Source of the DNA: a virus
Reading direction: 5' to 3' (one strand)
DNA: 64,000 nucleotides
Virus record (IMG/VR): IMGVR_UViG_3300044959_000237
Coordinates: 32,001-96,000 of that record
The notes beneath the pieces were generated by a model. It saw only the letters and a list, made by a program, of their open reading frames with translations. It was not told the origin of the DNA and ran no database searches. Every line of letters begins with the position of its first letter. The stretch's first letter is position 1. Positions 18,817 to 28,322 of the stretch are shown one piece after another. Made by a program: the position numbers and the translations under genes.

Positions 18817-19221
18817 ATGATCGAGGAGGAAAAATATAAAAAGTTCAGAGAAATTTTGTGTGAAGATGATTATAATAAATTTTTGATGTTGAGAAAAAAA
18901 TTTTCATATCTTTCGTTTTTGATCTACAATGATGATTTGTACTATGGTATTATTCAAAAATCCACAAAAGAGTTTTTGAGTATTTATCTGTACACAGAAA
19001 TCAAAGATCATAAAGCAAGAATTTTATTCTTGAAAATAGGAGAGAATTGGTGGTGGGAAAGTAACAGAAAATTTCCCATAAATTTTTTTTACACAAAATG
19101 GGATCTACTTTTTCGAAAAACACTGAAAAATTTTTCATGGAATGGAATAGTTTGTTACGATGGACCTCTTTTCTACATCGAGCAAATCAAAACAAAATCC
19201 AAAATAATATCCTTGTATTAA
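18817..19221 (+). CDS. hypothetical phage protein (WWWESNR motif)
   Basis: 134-aa ORF with GENWWWESNRKFPINFF; convergent with the DnaE-like gene. Confidence 0.7.
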   Translation: MIEEEKYKKFREILCEDDYNKFLMLRKKFSYLSFLIYNDDLYYGIIQKSTKEFLSIYLYTEIKDHKARILFLKIGENWWWESNRKFPINFFYTKWDLLFRKTLKNFSWNGIVCYDGPLFYIEQIKTKSKIISLY

Positions 19222-19790
19222 TTTTTTTCTTTCAGTGAAAGAAGATTCATTTTAACGACAATCATCAATGCATAGGCATATGCGTGACTTTTCTTGAAGA
19301 AATAAGCATTTTCATTTTTTGATTTTTTCCATACCTCTTTCATTGCCATGTCTTTTGGTTTTTTTCTGAGATAGCTTTTTCCGGGACGAATTATGGCCAA
19401 AAATGCTGCCAATTCGTGAATATTACCGACCTGAAATTTTTGAAGATCGTCATAATAATTGTGAATATGTGGTAATTGTTGCACAATATCTTTTCTTTTC
19501 AAAAGATTCCAATCAGGAGTCATATTCAGCAAATAATCGAGTTCTTCTGGAGTTTCAATGTCAAAATAAGAATAATTGTTCAGAATATCTATTTTGTAAA
19601 AACCAAATTTTTCAGCTTTTTCATAGGAAATAGATGACAAATCTGTTTCTGGATCGACTGGAATATCTTGCAAATAAATTCCGGAAGGATGTTTCGATAC
19701 ATTGTTTTTCTTGATTACAGAAGCGTTTATGTAATTGTTCAATTTTTCGAGAAGATCGTTACGATCTTTGATATCGATATCGATATCCAT
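19218..19790 (-). CDS. minimal DNA polymerase III alpha (DnaE)-like catalytic core
   Basis: DIDID, KHPSGIYL, GFYKIDIL, IIRPG and FKKSHAYAY match DnaE palm/fingers motifs within ~190 aa. Confidence 0.85.
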   Translation of the reverse strand: MDIDIDIKDRNDLLEKLNNYINASVIKKNNVSKHPSGIYLQDIPVDPETDLSSISYEKAEKFGFYKIDILNNYSYFDIETPEELDYLLNMTPDWNLLKRKDIVQQLPHIHNYYDDLQKFQVGNIHELAAFLAIIRPGKSYLRKKPKDMAMKEVWKKSKNENAYFFKKSHAYAYALMIVVKMNLLSLKEKN

Positions 19791-19791
19791 T

Positions 19792-20193
19792 TCAGTTATC
19801 CACAAAAGTACAATGTGATGAAATACTGCATGAAAAGTAGTTATCGTATTTGTTTATTACTACTGATAAAGGATGAATTCCTGTTGTCATTTCATAGGAG
19901 ACCGCAAACAAGGCACAGAAAAATACAAAAGTTTTTGTAATTTCATTATCGAAATTCCGTCTTTTTTCATTACTATCCAGTTGCATATACATGTTGGCGT
20001 AAGATACCACAAATTGCAAGATCTTTTTTGGATCTTTTTCATCGAAAACTCTTTTTTTGATTTCAGAATCCATATGAGCAAATTTGTTTTTCATTTCTTC
20101 CATGAAATTCAAGATCGATTTTTTTTCTTCACTGTTCAAACTTATTACATATTCCGAATTACTATCGAGATCGTTGAGGTAATATGATATCAT
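19792..20193 (-). CDS. hypothetical protein
   Basis: 133-aa ORF with SD GGGAG. Confidence 0.65.
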   Translation of the reverse strand: MISYYLNDLDSNSEYVISLNSEEKKSILNFMEEMKNKFAHMDSEIKKRVFDEKDPKKILQFVVSYANMYMQLDSNEKRRNFDNEITKTFVFFCALFAVSYEMTTGIHPLSVVINKYDNYFSCSISSHCTFVDN

Positions 20194-20220
20194 TTTATTT
20201 TTTCTCCCTTTCGAAAGTTT

Positions 20221-20478
20221 TTATTGAATCCATTTTGTTTTCTCTTCCAAATTCTGAATTTTTCTCTGCATTTCTCTTTCCTTTCTTTTCATGACAAAAA
20301 TTTCCGAATCCATTCTTTTTATTTTTCTATCTTGCATGTCCAAAATTCTTTTCATTTCATTCAATTGTTTTTTCAGATTTTCAATTTCATGATTGTCGTT
20401 TTTGACGAAATTATGTTTCTGTTTTTCTCTGTCTTTTATTTCTTGAATTTTCGTTTTATATTGATTTTTGTCACTCAT
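20221..20478 (-). CDS. coiled-coil hypothetical protein
   Basis: Heptad-rich 85 aa; SD AGGAG. Confidence 0.65.
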   Translation of the reverse strand: MSDKNQYKTKIQEIKDREKQKHNFVKNDNHEIENLKKQLNEMKRILDMQDRKIKRMDSEIFVMKRKEREMQRKIQNLEEKTKWIQ

Positions 20479-21253
20479 CGATTTCTCCTAAAAATTTCGA
20501 AACATGATCTTCGATGATTTTCTTGTTGAAATTGGCTTTCAATTTGATTTTCTCGAACATGAATTTTCCTATTTGTTTCTTGAACAAATTCAATGTTTCT
20601 TCATTTTGTTCCTGTAGAAACTTTTTTCCTTCCAACGTACCGAACATGACAACAGGACTGATTTTTTTGGATATTATATGTTGCAGTATTACATAATATG
20701 GAGAGTCGAAGTATATTTCGATAATATTTTTGTCAATTTTTCCTTTTTTGAAATTACTGGTTTTTTCGACAAAGGTCTTGATGAATTTCAACGAATAATT
20801 CAACTCTTCTTCCAAATTGTTTTTATAATAATGAATTTTCATGAATTTTTCAATATTGTTTCTTTTTTTCCAAAAACGAAAATTGATCTTTTTATCGAGA
20901 CAATAGATAACATATTTTTTCTTTACGTTTTTTATATTGTCATTTTCTGGTAAAATTTCATTCAACCATTTGTTCAAATCTTCGAAAAAATGAAAGAGTT
21001 GACTTTTGGCATATTTGTCTATGGTGATTTTATTTTTTGTCAATTGATTTTTATATTCTTTTACCGTAACGAACAAATCGTAACCTGTACCATTTTTTTC
21101 ATTGTAATGTATATTTTCTATGACTTTTCTGACTTTGCATTTTTCATTGACATGATTTATCAATGATTTTTCGTAGAAGAATTCCTTTTTGCACATGAAA
21201 CAAACAAATTTTTTTCTTTTTCGACTTTCGACCTGTTTCACATCTTTTTTCAT
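20471..21253 (-). CDS. zinc-finger protein
   Basis: FVCFMCKKEF..EKSLINH...C; SD GGAGG before ATG 21253. Confidence 0.7.
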   Translation of the reverse strand: MKKDVKQVESRKRKKFVCFMCKKEFFYEKSLINHVNEKCKVRKVIENIHYNEKNGTGYDLFVTVKEYKNQLTKNKITIDKYAKSQLFHFFEDLNKWLNEILPENDNIKNVKKKYVIYCLDKKINFRFWKKRNNIEKFMKIHYYKNNLEEELNYSLKFIKTFVEKTSNFKKGKIDKNIIEIYFDSPYYVILQHIISKKISPVVMFGTLEGKKFLQEQNEETLNLFKKQIGKFMFEKIKLKANFNKKIIEDHVSKFLGEIDE

Positions 21254-21285
21254 GAATCCTCCCACAAGAAAATCTTCGATTTCAG

Positions 21286-21486
21286 TTACGGGAGAAATTG
21301 TAAACAGAAGCCGGTTGAATTTGGTCTCGTCGTCTTGTATATGCCAGAAATCTGCAATTGAATGTATAACTTCTGTCCATTCGACAATTTATGGAGGCTG
21401 ATTTTCTTTTTGAGAAAACCTGCCATATGACAGATTCTCCATTTCGAACGTTCGATTGAATTGCCTCTTTCGAAATTCAGATTCAT
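21286..21486 (-). CDS. possible small protein
   Basis: 66-aa ORF with SD AAGGA; no recognisable motif. Confidence 0.3.
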   Translation of the reverse strand: MNLNFERGNSIERSKWRICHMAGFLKKKISLHKLSNGQKLYIQLQISGIYKTTRPNSTGFCLQFLP

Positions 21487-21640
21487 CGTTTTTCCTTATG
21501 ATTGGCTGACATCGTTATCGGGCCGCGTTGTTCGTTCACTCAAGTCTTTTCATTCTTTTCAGAATGCTTGAAATTTCTATTTGGCAAGATTGTACTTCTT
21601 GCAATCTCTCGATTTCTGGAGAAGGTAATTGGCTTCCGTA

Positions 21641-22333
21641 TCAAGCATTTTCTTGTTCTATGTATTCTTCTATCATTTTTCTCAATTCTACGCTGTTTTT
21701 CAAAATTTTTTCAAGAATGCTTTTTTCTTCCTTTTTCAACTCTGGAAATTTGTTTTCAATGAAATAATTTATTTTGTCTTCCTTGTTCATTTTTCTTTTT
21801 GTTTTTTTGGAGAAAATTGGCAAAAATTTTTCTTCTCCAGTCATATATTCATTGAATTTCAATGCTATTGTATACGACACAATACAAAAAAGTTTGTACT
21901 GTATTTTTGGAAAATTCACCAGTGCCCAAAAATTTCTATTTACTATATCATTGACAACATACACATAAGCTGAAGTAACTTTTTCTATATTGTCAATCGT
22001 TGTGGGCCATTTACCTTTGCCATCACCTTTTTTTCTTCCTTGTTTTTTTGCTTCCTCGAAATTTATTGTTTCTTTGATACACGAGGAGATGTTTTTCAAA
22101 ATCAAAAATGAATTTTTCTTCCAAAACTCAGCTAATTCCTGTTCTCCAATTTCTTTTTCCAGTTCTTCATAAAAGTTCGTTTGAAAAAGTCGAATGTTTT
22201 CGAGAATATCATTGAACAATTTCCAATGATTTTTTTTCTCGTTCTTTGTATTTATTTCTGTATTTATTTCTTCTTCAGCAAATTCTTGCCAGTTTTCGAA
22301 CAGTTGATTCATGTTTTTTTCCTTTATCCACAT
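21641..22333 (-). CDS. hypothetical protein, possibly clamp-loader small subunit (gp62-like)
   Basis: Helical 230 aa in the replication cluster; weak resemblance only. Confidence 0.35.
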   Translation of the reverse strand: MWIKEKNMNQLFENWQEFAEEEINTEINTKNEKKNHWKLFNDILENIRLFQTNFYEELEKEIGEQELAEFWKKNSFLILKNISSCIKETINFEEAKKQGRKKGDGKGKWPTTIDNIEKVTSAYVYVVNDIVNRNFWALVNFPKIQYKLFCIVSYTIALKFNEYMTGEEKFLPIFSKKTKRKMNKEDKINYFIENKFPELKKEEKSILEKILKNSVELRKMIEEYIEQENA

Positions 22334-22406
22334 TATAGAAAAAAATTTTTATCAATCAAATAAATAAATATGAATGGTAATTCAACAATCAAAGGGAATT
22401 CAAATA

Positions 22407-22754
22407 ATGGGAAGACCACTGAATAAAAGATTTTTTGGAAATCCTACGACAAAACCTGGTTTGCAAATAAAAGTATCTGCAGATTTGGGATCAGGAAAAG
22501 TTCCCGCTTGGATCGTAGAACAGGTCGGAACGAGACAATTTATTGTCACTGATGGCACCACGACAACAAGATGTTTTCTTGTTCAAAACGTTACTCAGCC
22601 CGGCGAAGCCGTGGTAAGAGTATATTTGAGTGGTGGTGTTGTGGAAACTGCAAGAACGATACAGGCACGTAGAGTCAAAACTTTCGAAGGTTCCGATGTG
22701 GTTTGGTCGTTCGATCCTCCTGCCAACGATAAAGCTCAAATACTCGGAGCCTGA
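22407..22754 (+). CDS. probable virion structural protein
   Basis: MGRPLNKRFFG N-terminus, beta-rich; tandem ATAAATA at 22360-22370. Confidence 0.6.
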   Translation: MGRPLNKRFFGNPTTKPGLQIKVSADLGSGKVPAWIVEQVGTRQFIVTDGTTTTRCFLVQNVTQPGEAVVRVYLSGGVVETARTIQARRVKTFEGSDVVWSFDPPANDKAQILGA

Positions 22755-22765
22755 AATATCATTTT

Positions 22766-23284
22766 TCATAACAAATTGCTTACACATATTTCTACATTCG
22801 TTTTATTCTGTTCTGTTGATACTATTATACATTCCGGATTATCCTCTTTCGAAAGAGGATATATCAGGTAATGATTGTTTTTTACTTTTGGATTGAGCCA
22901 TTCTATGTTTGGATATATATTGGATACTCTCAAGGAATGCCATTTTGGAATATAGCTGGTTATTGGATTTATTGAAATACAGGTATGATCACTTGACATG
23001 AGATCTTGTATACTTATAAATTCCAAATTTTCGTAATGAATCTTGTCACCGCACAAAATATGCCAACTTATTGGTAGTTTGATCACATATTTTTCTTTTA
23101 TTATTAATTCGGCAAGAGTGGTTGTTTTTTTCTCTATGAATTTCAATGGAAAACATTTGAAATCGACATTTTCTTCTTCAAAATCGAGAACAAAAAACAT
23201 CAATTTTTGATTCGGATCGAAATTGTACAAAAATGTCAAATCCGATAAATTTATGGATTTATTGTATTCGTTCAATATGAACAT
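22766..23284 (-). CDS. hypothetical protein downstream of uvsW
   Basis: 172-aa ORF with SD AGGAG. Confidence 0.65.
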   Translation of the reverse strand: MFILNEYNKSINLSDLTFLYNFDPNQKLMFFVLDFEEENVDFKCFPLKFIEKKTTTLAELIIKEKYVIKLPISWHILCGDKIHYENLEFISIQDLMSSDHTCISINPITSYIPKWHSLRVSNIYPNIEWLNPKVKNNHYLIYPLSKEDNPECIIVSTEQNKTNVEICVSNLL

Positions 23285-23295
23285 TTTTATTACTC

Positions 23296-24816
23296 CTATA
23301 TTTTATTGTATGTAAAAGGATAATTTGCTTTTTTGTAAATTGCTTTTCTCATCGAGACATGTCTTTTGCTTCTTTTGGTAGAACCACAAATATCATATAT
23401 TATGACATGATTTTTTTCCTGTGTTTTTCTCAAACCTCTTCCTATGCTCTGTAATACTCTTATTATGCTTTTTCCTGCTTCGATCAGAACAATATTGTAT
23501 ATTTTTGGAATATTGATTCCTACCGATGCAACTCCATAAGTTGCAATCAGTACAACATTGTCTTTTTCTTTTATCATGTTGAATTTTTCAATTTTTTCTT
23601 TCATTTTTACCGAACCTGTAACAACATGGCTGTTTTTTGTCATTTCGCCAAGTTTTCTTGCTGTTTTTACAAAATCGACCAAAACCAGAGTATTACCATC
23701 ATTCGATATTTCATTTATCAGATTCGAAATAATTTCAAGTCTTCTCGAATCGTTCAAAAGATAATTCTTTTCTTCCTGATAAGTTTCGAAATTTTTCTTG
23801 TCATCGGATATTTCTATAATGTGAACATCACAACTACTCAGAATACCTTTGTTTTGCAAATCATTTGCGGACATGAAATTTATCGGAGGACCGATCAACG
23901 ATTTTATTGCATAGAAAAGATAATTTTCTTCTGGAAGTGTAGCGGTGAGTCCCCAACGAATTGGAACATTTTTGTACATGTTTCCCAATATTTTTTTGAG
24001 AGAAGGTGCTTTTGCAATGTGACATTCGTCAACTATCACTGCAACCATGTTCTTTGTAATTTTTTCATATATATCTTCTTCTTCTTTTTTACTTTTTCGA
24101 ATTTTTTCAAGTGATTGCCATGTTGCTATTATATGTTTGTTTTCAGTATCCTTTTGATCACCGAAAAATACACCAACATCCAGACCAATATTTTTGTAAT
24201 CTTCGTAAGTTTGTTTGACCAAGGTTTTGCTCGGAACTATCGTGATCGTTCTTCCTTCTTTTTCTACTATTTTTGCCAAAACTGCAGTAATGATGGTTTT
24301 GCCTGCTCCGGTAGCTACTTCCTGAACAGCGTGTCTTCTTTGCAAGAAATAGTTTACAACTTCGACTTGGTAATCTCTCAAGATAATATCTTTTCCTGCC
24401 AAATGATGTGTTTCTGGCCATTTTATATTCTGATTTTTCAAATAATTTTCATCTATCGCATCGAAAGTATAAATTTGTTTGTTTTGTCTTCTGTCTTCTT
24501 TTTGTATTTTGTATTTGAATTCATCCAGAACTTCCAGTATTTCTTTCAACAAATGAAAATAACTTTTTCCGTTCAAATCGAAGTAGGAAATTTTTCCGTT
24601 CCATCGTCCTATTTTATAGGAAGGAAGATATTTTGCAGAAGGATCATAGAAACTCATTTTTTTGTTCAGACTCGAAAGAATATGGGTCTCGACGTTTTCA
24701 AGTTTTATGTTGACTTCATCGAGTATTATCAATTTGCAAATCTTTTCATCTTTTCTAAGTTTTCTGATATCCGGTTTGTTTTTTGTTTCGACTTTTTTCA
24801 TATTGAATTTTTCCAT
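23296..24816 (-). CDS. uvsW: SF2 DNA helicase, UvsW-like
   Basis: LRDYQ, ATGAGKT, VDECH, GLTAT, SVGINIP, QSIGRGLR. Confidence 0.92.
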   Translation of the reverse strand: MEKFNMKKVETKNKPDIRKLRKDEKICKLIILDEVNIKLENVETHILSSLNKKMSFYDPSAKYLPSYKIGRWNGKISYFDLNGKSYFHLLKEILEVLDEFKYKIQKEDRRQNKQIYTFDAIDENYLKNQNIKWPETHHLAGKDIILRDYQVEVVNYFLQRRHAVQEVATGAGKTIITAVLAKIVEKEGRTITIVPSKTLVKQTYEDYKNIGLDVGVFFGDQKDTENKHIIATWQSLEKIRKSKKEEEDIYEKITKNMVAVIVDECHIAKAPSLKKILGNMYKNVPIRWGLTATLPEENYLFYAIKSLIGPPINFMSANDLQNKGILSSCDVHIIEISDDKKNFETYQEEKNYLLNDSRRLEIISNLINEISNDGNTLVLVDFVKTARKLGEMTKNSHVVTGSVKMKEKIEKFNMIKEKDNVVLIATYGVASVGINIPKIYNIVLIEAGKSIIRVLQSIGRGLRKTQEKNHVIIYDICGSTKRSKRHVSMRKAIYKKANYPFTYNKI

Positions 24817-24831
24817 TTCACATTTTTTCGA

Positions 24832-26157
24832 TCAAGATCGAGCCGATCGATTTACGATAATTCCATTGAATTCCAATATATTTTCTGCCAAATCATCATA
24901 TAAATTACAATTTTCTTTTTCAACATGCAATTTATCTACAAAATAGATGAATTTGTAAAATGGAAGATAACTGTAATTTCTTTTTTTCATATTGAAATTC
25001 ACGATATATTTTATGATACCATCGAAATCGAGATTGTTATCATTATCGAAAACAAAAGAATTGTATTTACAAGGAAACAATTTGTCATAAATGCTATATT
25101 GATGAGTTATGAAAGATAGCAAAATGTTGCTTCTGTCTTTATTGATGAAATCTTCGAAATTGTAATCCTGAAGACGATGCATCAAATTTACCAGATTGAA
25201 AACCGAATCATTGGAATAAAAAGAAGGATAATATAGATCGTAATTCAAATTTGTAAAATTTTTACTTTTTTCAATAGAAATTTCTTTGTCTATGAAATAA
25301 AGAACCTGTTTTATGATTTTTCTCAAATCGAGAAAGTCGATATTCATGTCGTATTCATTTTCGAAAAAAAGTCGGTTTTTACTTTCACAAACAAAATCGA
25401 AAGCATGTTTGTGAAAACATCTTCCCCGAATAAATTTTATTTTCATATTGTTCACTATCGAATATAGAAACAAGGACAAAAGATAATTGAAAAAATCGAA
25501 TCCAACAGAAACAATTCTACCGTCGTGTATCTCCATGAAAGTCAGTAATTTTGATACACTTTCGTCAATTTTTTCCAATTTGAAAAATTTTTCGTATTTT
25601 TTAAAAACAAAATTTCTGTAATTGATGAATTTTTCCTTGTGTTTTTCTTTTTTCAGAATATTGTTGATATATTCTATGTAAACATCGTTTTTTTCATTGA
25701 AACAGATTGTAAAATCGTGATTGTCGTATTCATTTATTTTGTTGCTTTCGTACAGTTGAATATTATTGAAAAAATATTTCAACTGAAAAATATTTGTATG
25801 TATTCTGATTATATTGTTTTTTCTGTCGTAATCAACCATGAATTCTTCGTTTCTGTATTTTCGATCCAAGAAGTCGATCAATTCGTTTTTGTTCTCGAAA
25901 TCATTTTTAAGCAAAAATTTTCTGATATATGAATAATTTTCATTACATATTTTCACACACAATATCTTGTCGTCATGACTTTTGTATCCCATGTTTACAA
26001 ATTTGAGATTATAAGGAGTCAAAAATTTCATATATTTGAAACTTTTTACAATATTCGAATCTTTTTTCTTCAATTCCAAGAAAAGATATCCGTTTTTGTA
26101 ATCGATAAAATCTATAATGGATTCTTCTTCATGATTTGATTTACGAATGAACTCCAT
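24832..26157 (-). CDS. hypothetical protein
   Basis: 441-aa ORF between uvsY and uvsW. Confidence 0.65.
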   Translation of the reverse strand: MEFIRKSNHEEESIIDFIDYKNGYLFLELKKKDSNIVKSFKYMKFLTPYNLKFVNMGYKSHDDKILCVKICNENYSYIRKFLLKNDFENKNELIDFLDRKYRNEEFMVDYDRKNNIIRIHTNIFQLKYFFNNIQLYESNKINEYDNHDFTICFNEKNDVYIEYINNILKKEKHKEKFINYRNFVFKKYEKFFKLEKIDESVSKLLTFMEIHDGRIVSVGFDFFNYLLSLFLYSIVNNMKIKFIRGRCFHKHAFDFVCESKNRLFFENEYDMNIDFLDLRKIIKQVLYFIDKEISIEKSKNFTNLNYDLYYPSFYSNDSVFNLVNLMHRLQDYNFEDFINKDRSNILLSFITHQYSIYDKLFPCKYNSFVFDNDNNLDFDGIIKYIVNFNMKKRNYSYLPFYKFIYFVDKLHVEKENCNLYDDLAENILEFNGIIVNRSARS

Positions 26158-26214
26158 GAATTTTCTTCCACGGAAGTTTCGGAACTTTCAGGAAATATTG
26201 TAACAAGAAATCCG

Positions 26215-26673
26215 TCAAATGTCAAAGTTCATGCTTTTGAGTTTTACCAGATTTGTTATTTGATAGGCTTTTATGTCCAAAGCTTTGATTATTGCCGTAT
26301 ATCTTCCTTTTATATAATTGAACGTGTTGAGTAAATCATAAAGAGCCAAAACATCATCTTCACCTTCTGCATATTTTTCTGCTTCTCTTATTGTCAAACT
26401 TCTATTGTAATTTTCCAGATAATATTTGAGTTTTTCTGTTTTCAGTTTGTTGAGTCTTCTTTCTATGAATTCTACAATAGAACATATATCCTGAAGTTGT
26501 GAAAATCTATACTCGATGGAACCGGGAAGTTCTATGGCATTTTTTTCGAGACTGTTTGTTATCTTTACATCTTTTTTGGCTTTCTCGATTTCTTCTTCGT
26601 AGAATTCCAGAGCTTTCGCCAATATGTCGAAGTCCAATTCACTTTTTTCTATTAATTTTTTGAAAAAGAACAT
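26215..26673 (-). CDS. uvsY: recombination mediator, UvsY-like
   Basis: YYLENYNRSLT.REAEKYAEGE, IIKALDIKAYQITNLVKL; context with uvsX and uvsW. Confidence 0.8.
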   Translation of the reverse strand: MFFFKKLIEKSELDFDILAKALEFYEEEIEKAKKDVKITNSLEKNAIELPGSIEYRFSQLQDICSIVEFIERRLNKLKTEKLKYYLENYNRSLTIREAEKYAEGEDDVLALYDLLNTFNYIKGRYTAIIKALDIKAYQITNLVKLKSMNFDI

Positions 26674-26745
26674 TCGAAATTACTCCCTTGAAATATCACA
26701 AGAAAAACTGACAATTCGAAATCATGAACAATCATCGAATCGATC

Positions 26746-26775
26746 CAAGAGAGGAAAAAAATTTTTCCTCTCTTG
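26746..26775. terminator. intergenic hairpin, terminator-like
   Basis: CAAGAGAGGAAAAA/TTTTTCCTCTCTTG inverted repeat. Confidence 0.55.
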
Positions 26776-26916
26776 AATTTTTATCATGATTTTTTCATTT
26801 TGAAAAGTATGAATTCATTTTTTTTCGTAATAAATCATATTGTGCACGAAATTGCAAATTTATTTGTAAATCTGTAAAAGCATTATTGAAATTTTACAAA
26901 TCTTTTCAAATTTTTT

Positions 26917-27189
26917 TCATTCTTCCGAAAACTTTTCATCGAAAATCGAATCTTCTTCCGGAAATATGTTTTCAACAGCCAAATTCATATGTTTATCAAT
27001 TCCGAACAATGATTCTTTGGTCAGATGATCCAGAAGATTGTGATCGAAAAAAGTTTTCAACATCAAATAACAAACTTCCGTTCTTTGTTTCGATGGTATC
27101 AAATCCTTGAAATTGTTCCATAGATCTTCAAGAAATTCCGGAGTTATTTCCATTATTTTATTTCTCCTTTCGAAGCTTTCGAATATCAA
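26917..27189 (-). CDS. hypothetical protein
   Basis: Likely start MEITPEF after SD AAGGAG. Confidence 0.6.
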   Translation of the reverse strand: MIFESFERRNKIMEITPEFLEDLWNNFKDLIPSKQRTEVCYLMLKTFFDHNLLDHLTKESLFGIDKHMNLAVENIFPEEDSIFDEKFSEE

Positions 27190-27199
27190 TTTTATATAT

Positions 27200-28237
27200 T
27201 CATTTTGAAAATTTTTCTCGAATTATAAGATCGATAATTCCATTTTCGTTCCTGTTGTATTCTTTTTCGTAATACTTGTGTTCATTTCCTTGCAAATCGA
27301 CGTACAGGTATTTGTTTCCATTTTTCGTTACAATATTTTCTTTCAACAGAATGTCGAAAAATCCGGAATATGGATCCATTCCGGTATTGAAGGGAATTTT
27401 GATTTCAACTTCTCTGAAAGGTTTGGTAAATCTTGTTTTCATGACTTTACATTTTGTTCTTACACCAAATACTTCGGATGTTTTATTACCGTCTTCGTCT
27501 TCTTTCAGCTTCCATTTTTTCATTGCCACCACAATAGAAGAAGCATAAATGAATCCCTGTCCGCCAGATATTTTATCTTCTGGATCGAAAATATCCTGCG
27601 AAGCATAAGTATGATTTGTTGCCACGAGACCTATATCGAGATTACCAAATTTATTCACACAATTTCTTACCAAAGAAGTCAAAGCTTTAGCTTTTCTTCC
27701 CATATCACCTTTCATGTCTCCTTTTTCGAATTGCTCCACCTCCGATTTTGTAAGTAACATTCCGAGAGAATCGATGACAAACAGAAGCTTTGGTTTTTGT
27801 TCTTCACTCTTGTCATGATATTTTTCAGTGTAATCATGAACGATTCCATATATTATTTTCGATACATCATCGACAAGAGAAACATTTACCTTGAACAGTT
27901 TGGATTCATCGACAGATACACCCAATTTGATCAACCATTTTTCATCCAAAGCATTTTCCGAATCCAGAATGATGCAGAAAGCTCCCTGTTTTTGTGCTTC
28001 TCTTACAATATTTCCTGCTGCGATGTAACTTTTTCCAGACCCGCTTTCACCAGCAAAGACCACTACTTTGCCCAAAGGAACTCCTTTCATTGGATCTCCG
28101 GAAATTATGTAATTCAATGCATAATTGCCAGTGCTTATCCAATGTTTCGGATCATTGAAACCCAAAGATGCAGATTCTGTTTTGTTTATTATCTTTTCTA
28201 TTTTCGACAAATCGAAAGGCATATTTGTTGGCGACAT
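27200..28237 (-). CDS. uvsX: RecA-like recombinase UvsX
   Basis: ISTGNYALN, Walker A GESGSGKS, DSENA, IDSLG, TNHTY, SGGQG; ATG 28237 after SD GGGAG. Confidence 0.93.
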   Translation of the reverse strand: MSPTNMPFDLSKIEKIINKTESASLGFNDPKHWISTGNYALNYIISGDPMKGVPLGKVVVFAGESGSGKSYIAAGNIVREAQKQGAFCIILDSENALDEKWLIKLGVSVDESKLFKVNVSLVDDVSKIIYGIVHDYTEKYHDKSEEQKPKLLFVIDSLGMLLTKSEVEQFEKGDMKGDMGRKAKALTSLVRNCVNKFGNLDIGLVATNHTYASQDIFDPEDKISGGQGFIYASSIVVAMKKWKLKEDEDGNKTSEVFGVRTKCKVMKTRFTKPFREVEIKIPFNTGMDPYSGFFDILLKENIVTKNGNKYLYVDLQGNEHKYYEKEYNRNENGIIDLIIREKFSK

Positions 28238-28283
28238 TTCGGTCTCCCTTTTCTGCTGATTGAAAAACATGGGAAAAACATGG

Positions 28284-28317
28284 AAAAGGTTGCACTGCAA
28301 TCAATTGCAGTGCAACC
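28284..28317 (-). terminator. rho-independent terminator after ssb
   Basis: Perfect 14-bp stem GGTTGCACTGCAAT/ATTGCAGTGCAACC followed by UUUU on the minus strand. Confidence 0.75.
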
Positions 28318-28322
28318 GAGTT

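Noticed and set aside
19770-19787. Palindromic tandem GATATCGATATCGATATC
   Set aside because: It simply encodes the DIDIDI catalytic motif using the genome's favoured TCGA-forming codon pairs
21266-21640. tRNA/tmRNA/RNase P gene
   Set aside because: No T-loop GTTCRAATC with acceptor stem, tag-peptide frame or RNase P consensus recognised; kept only as a low-interest unexplained gap
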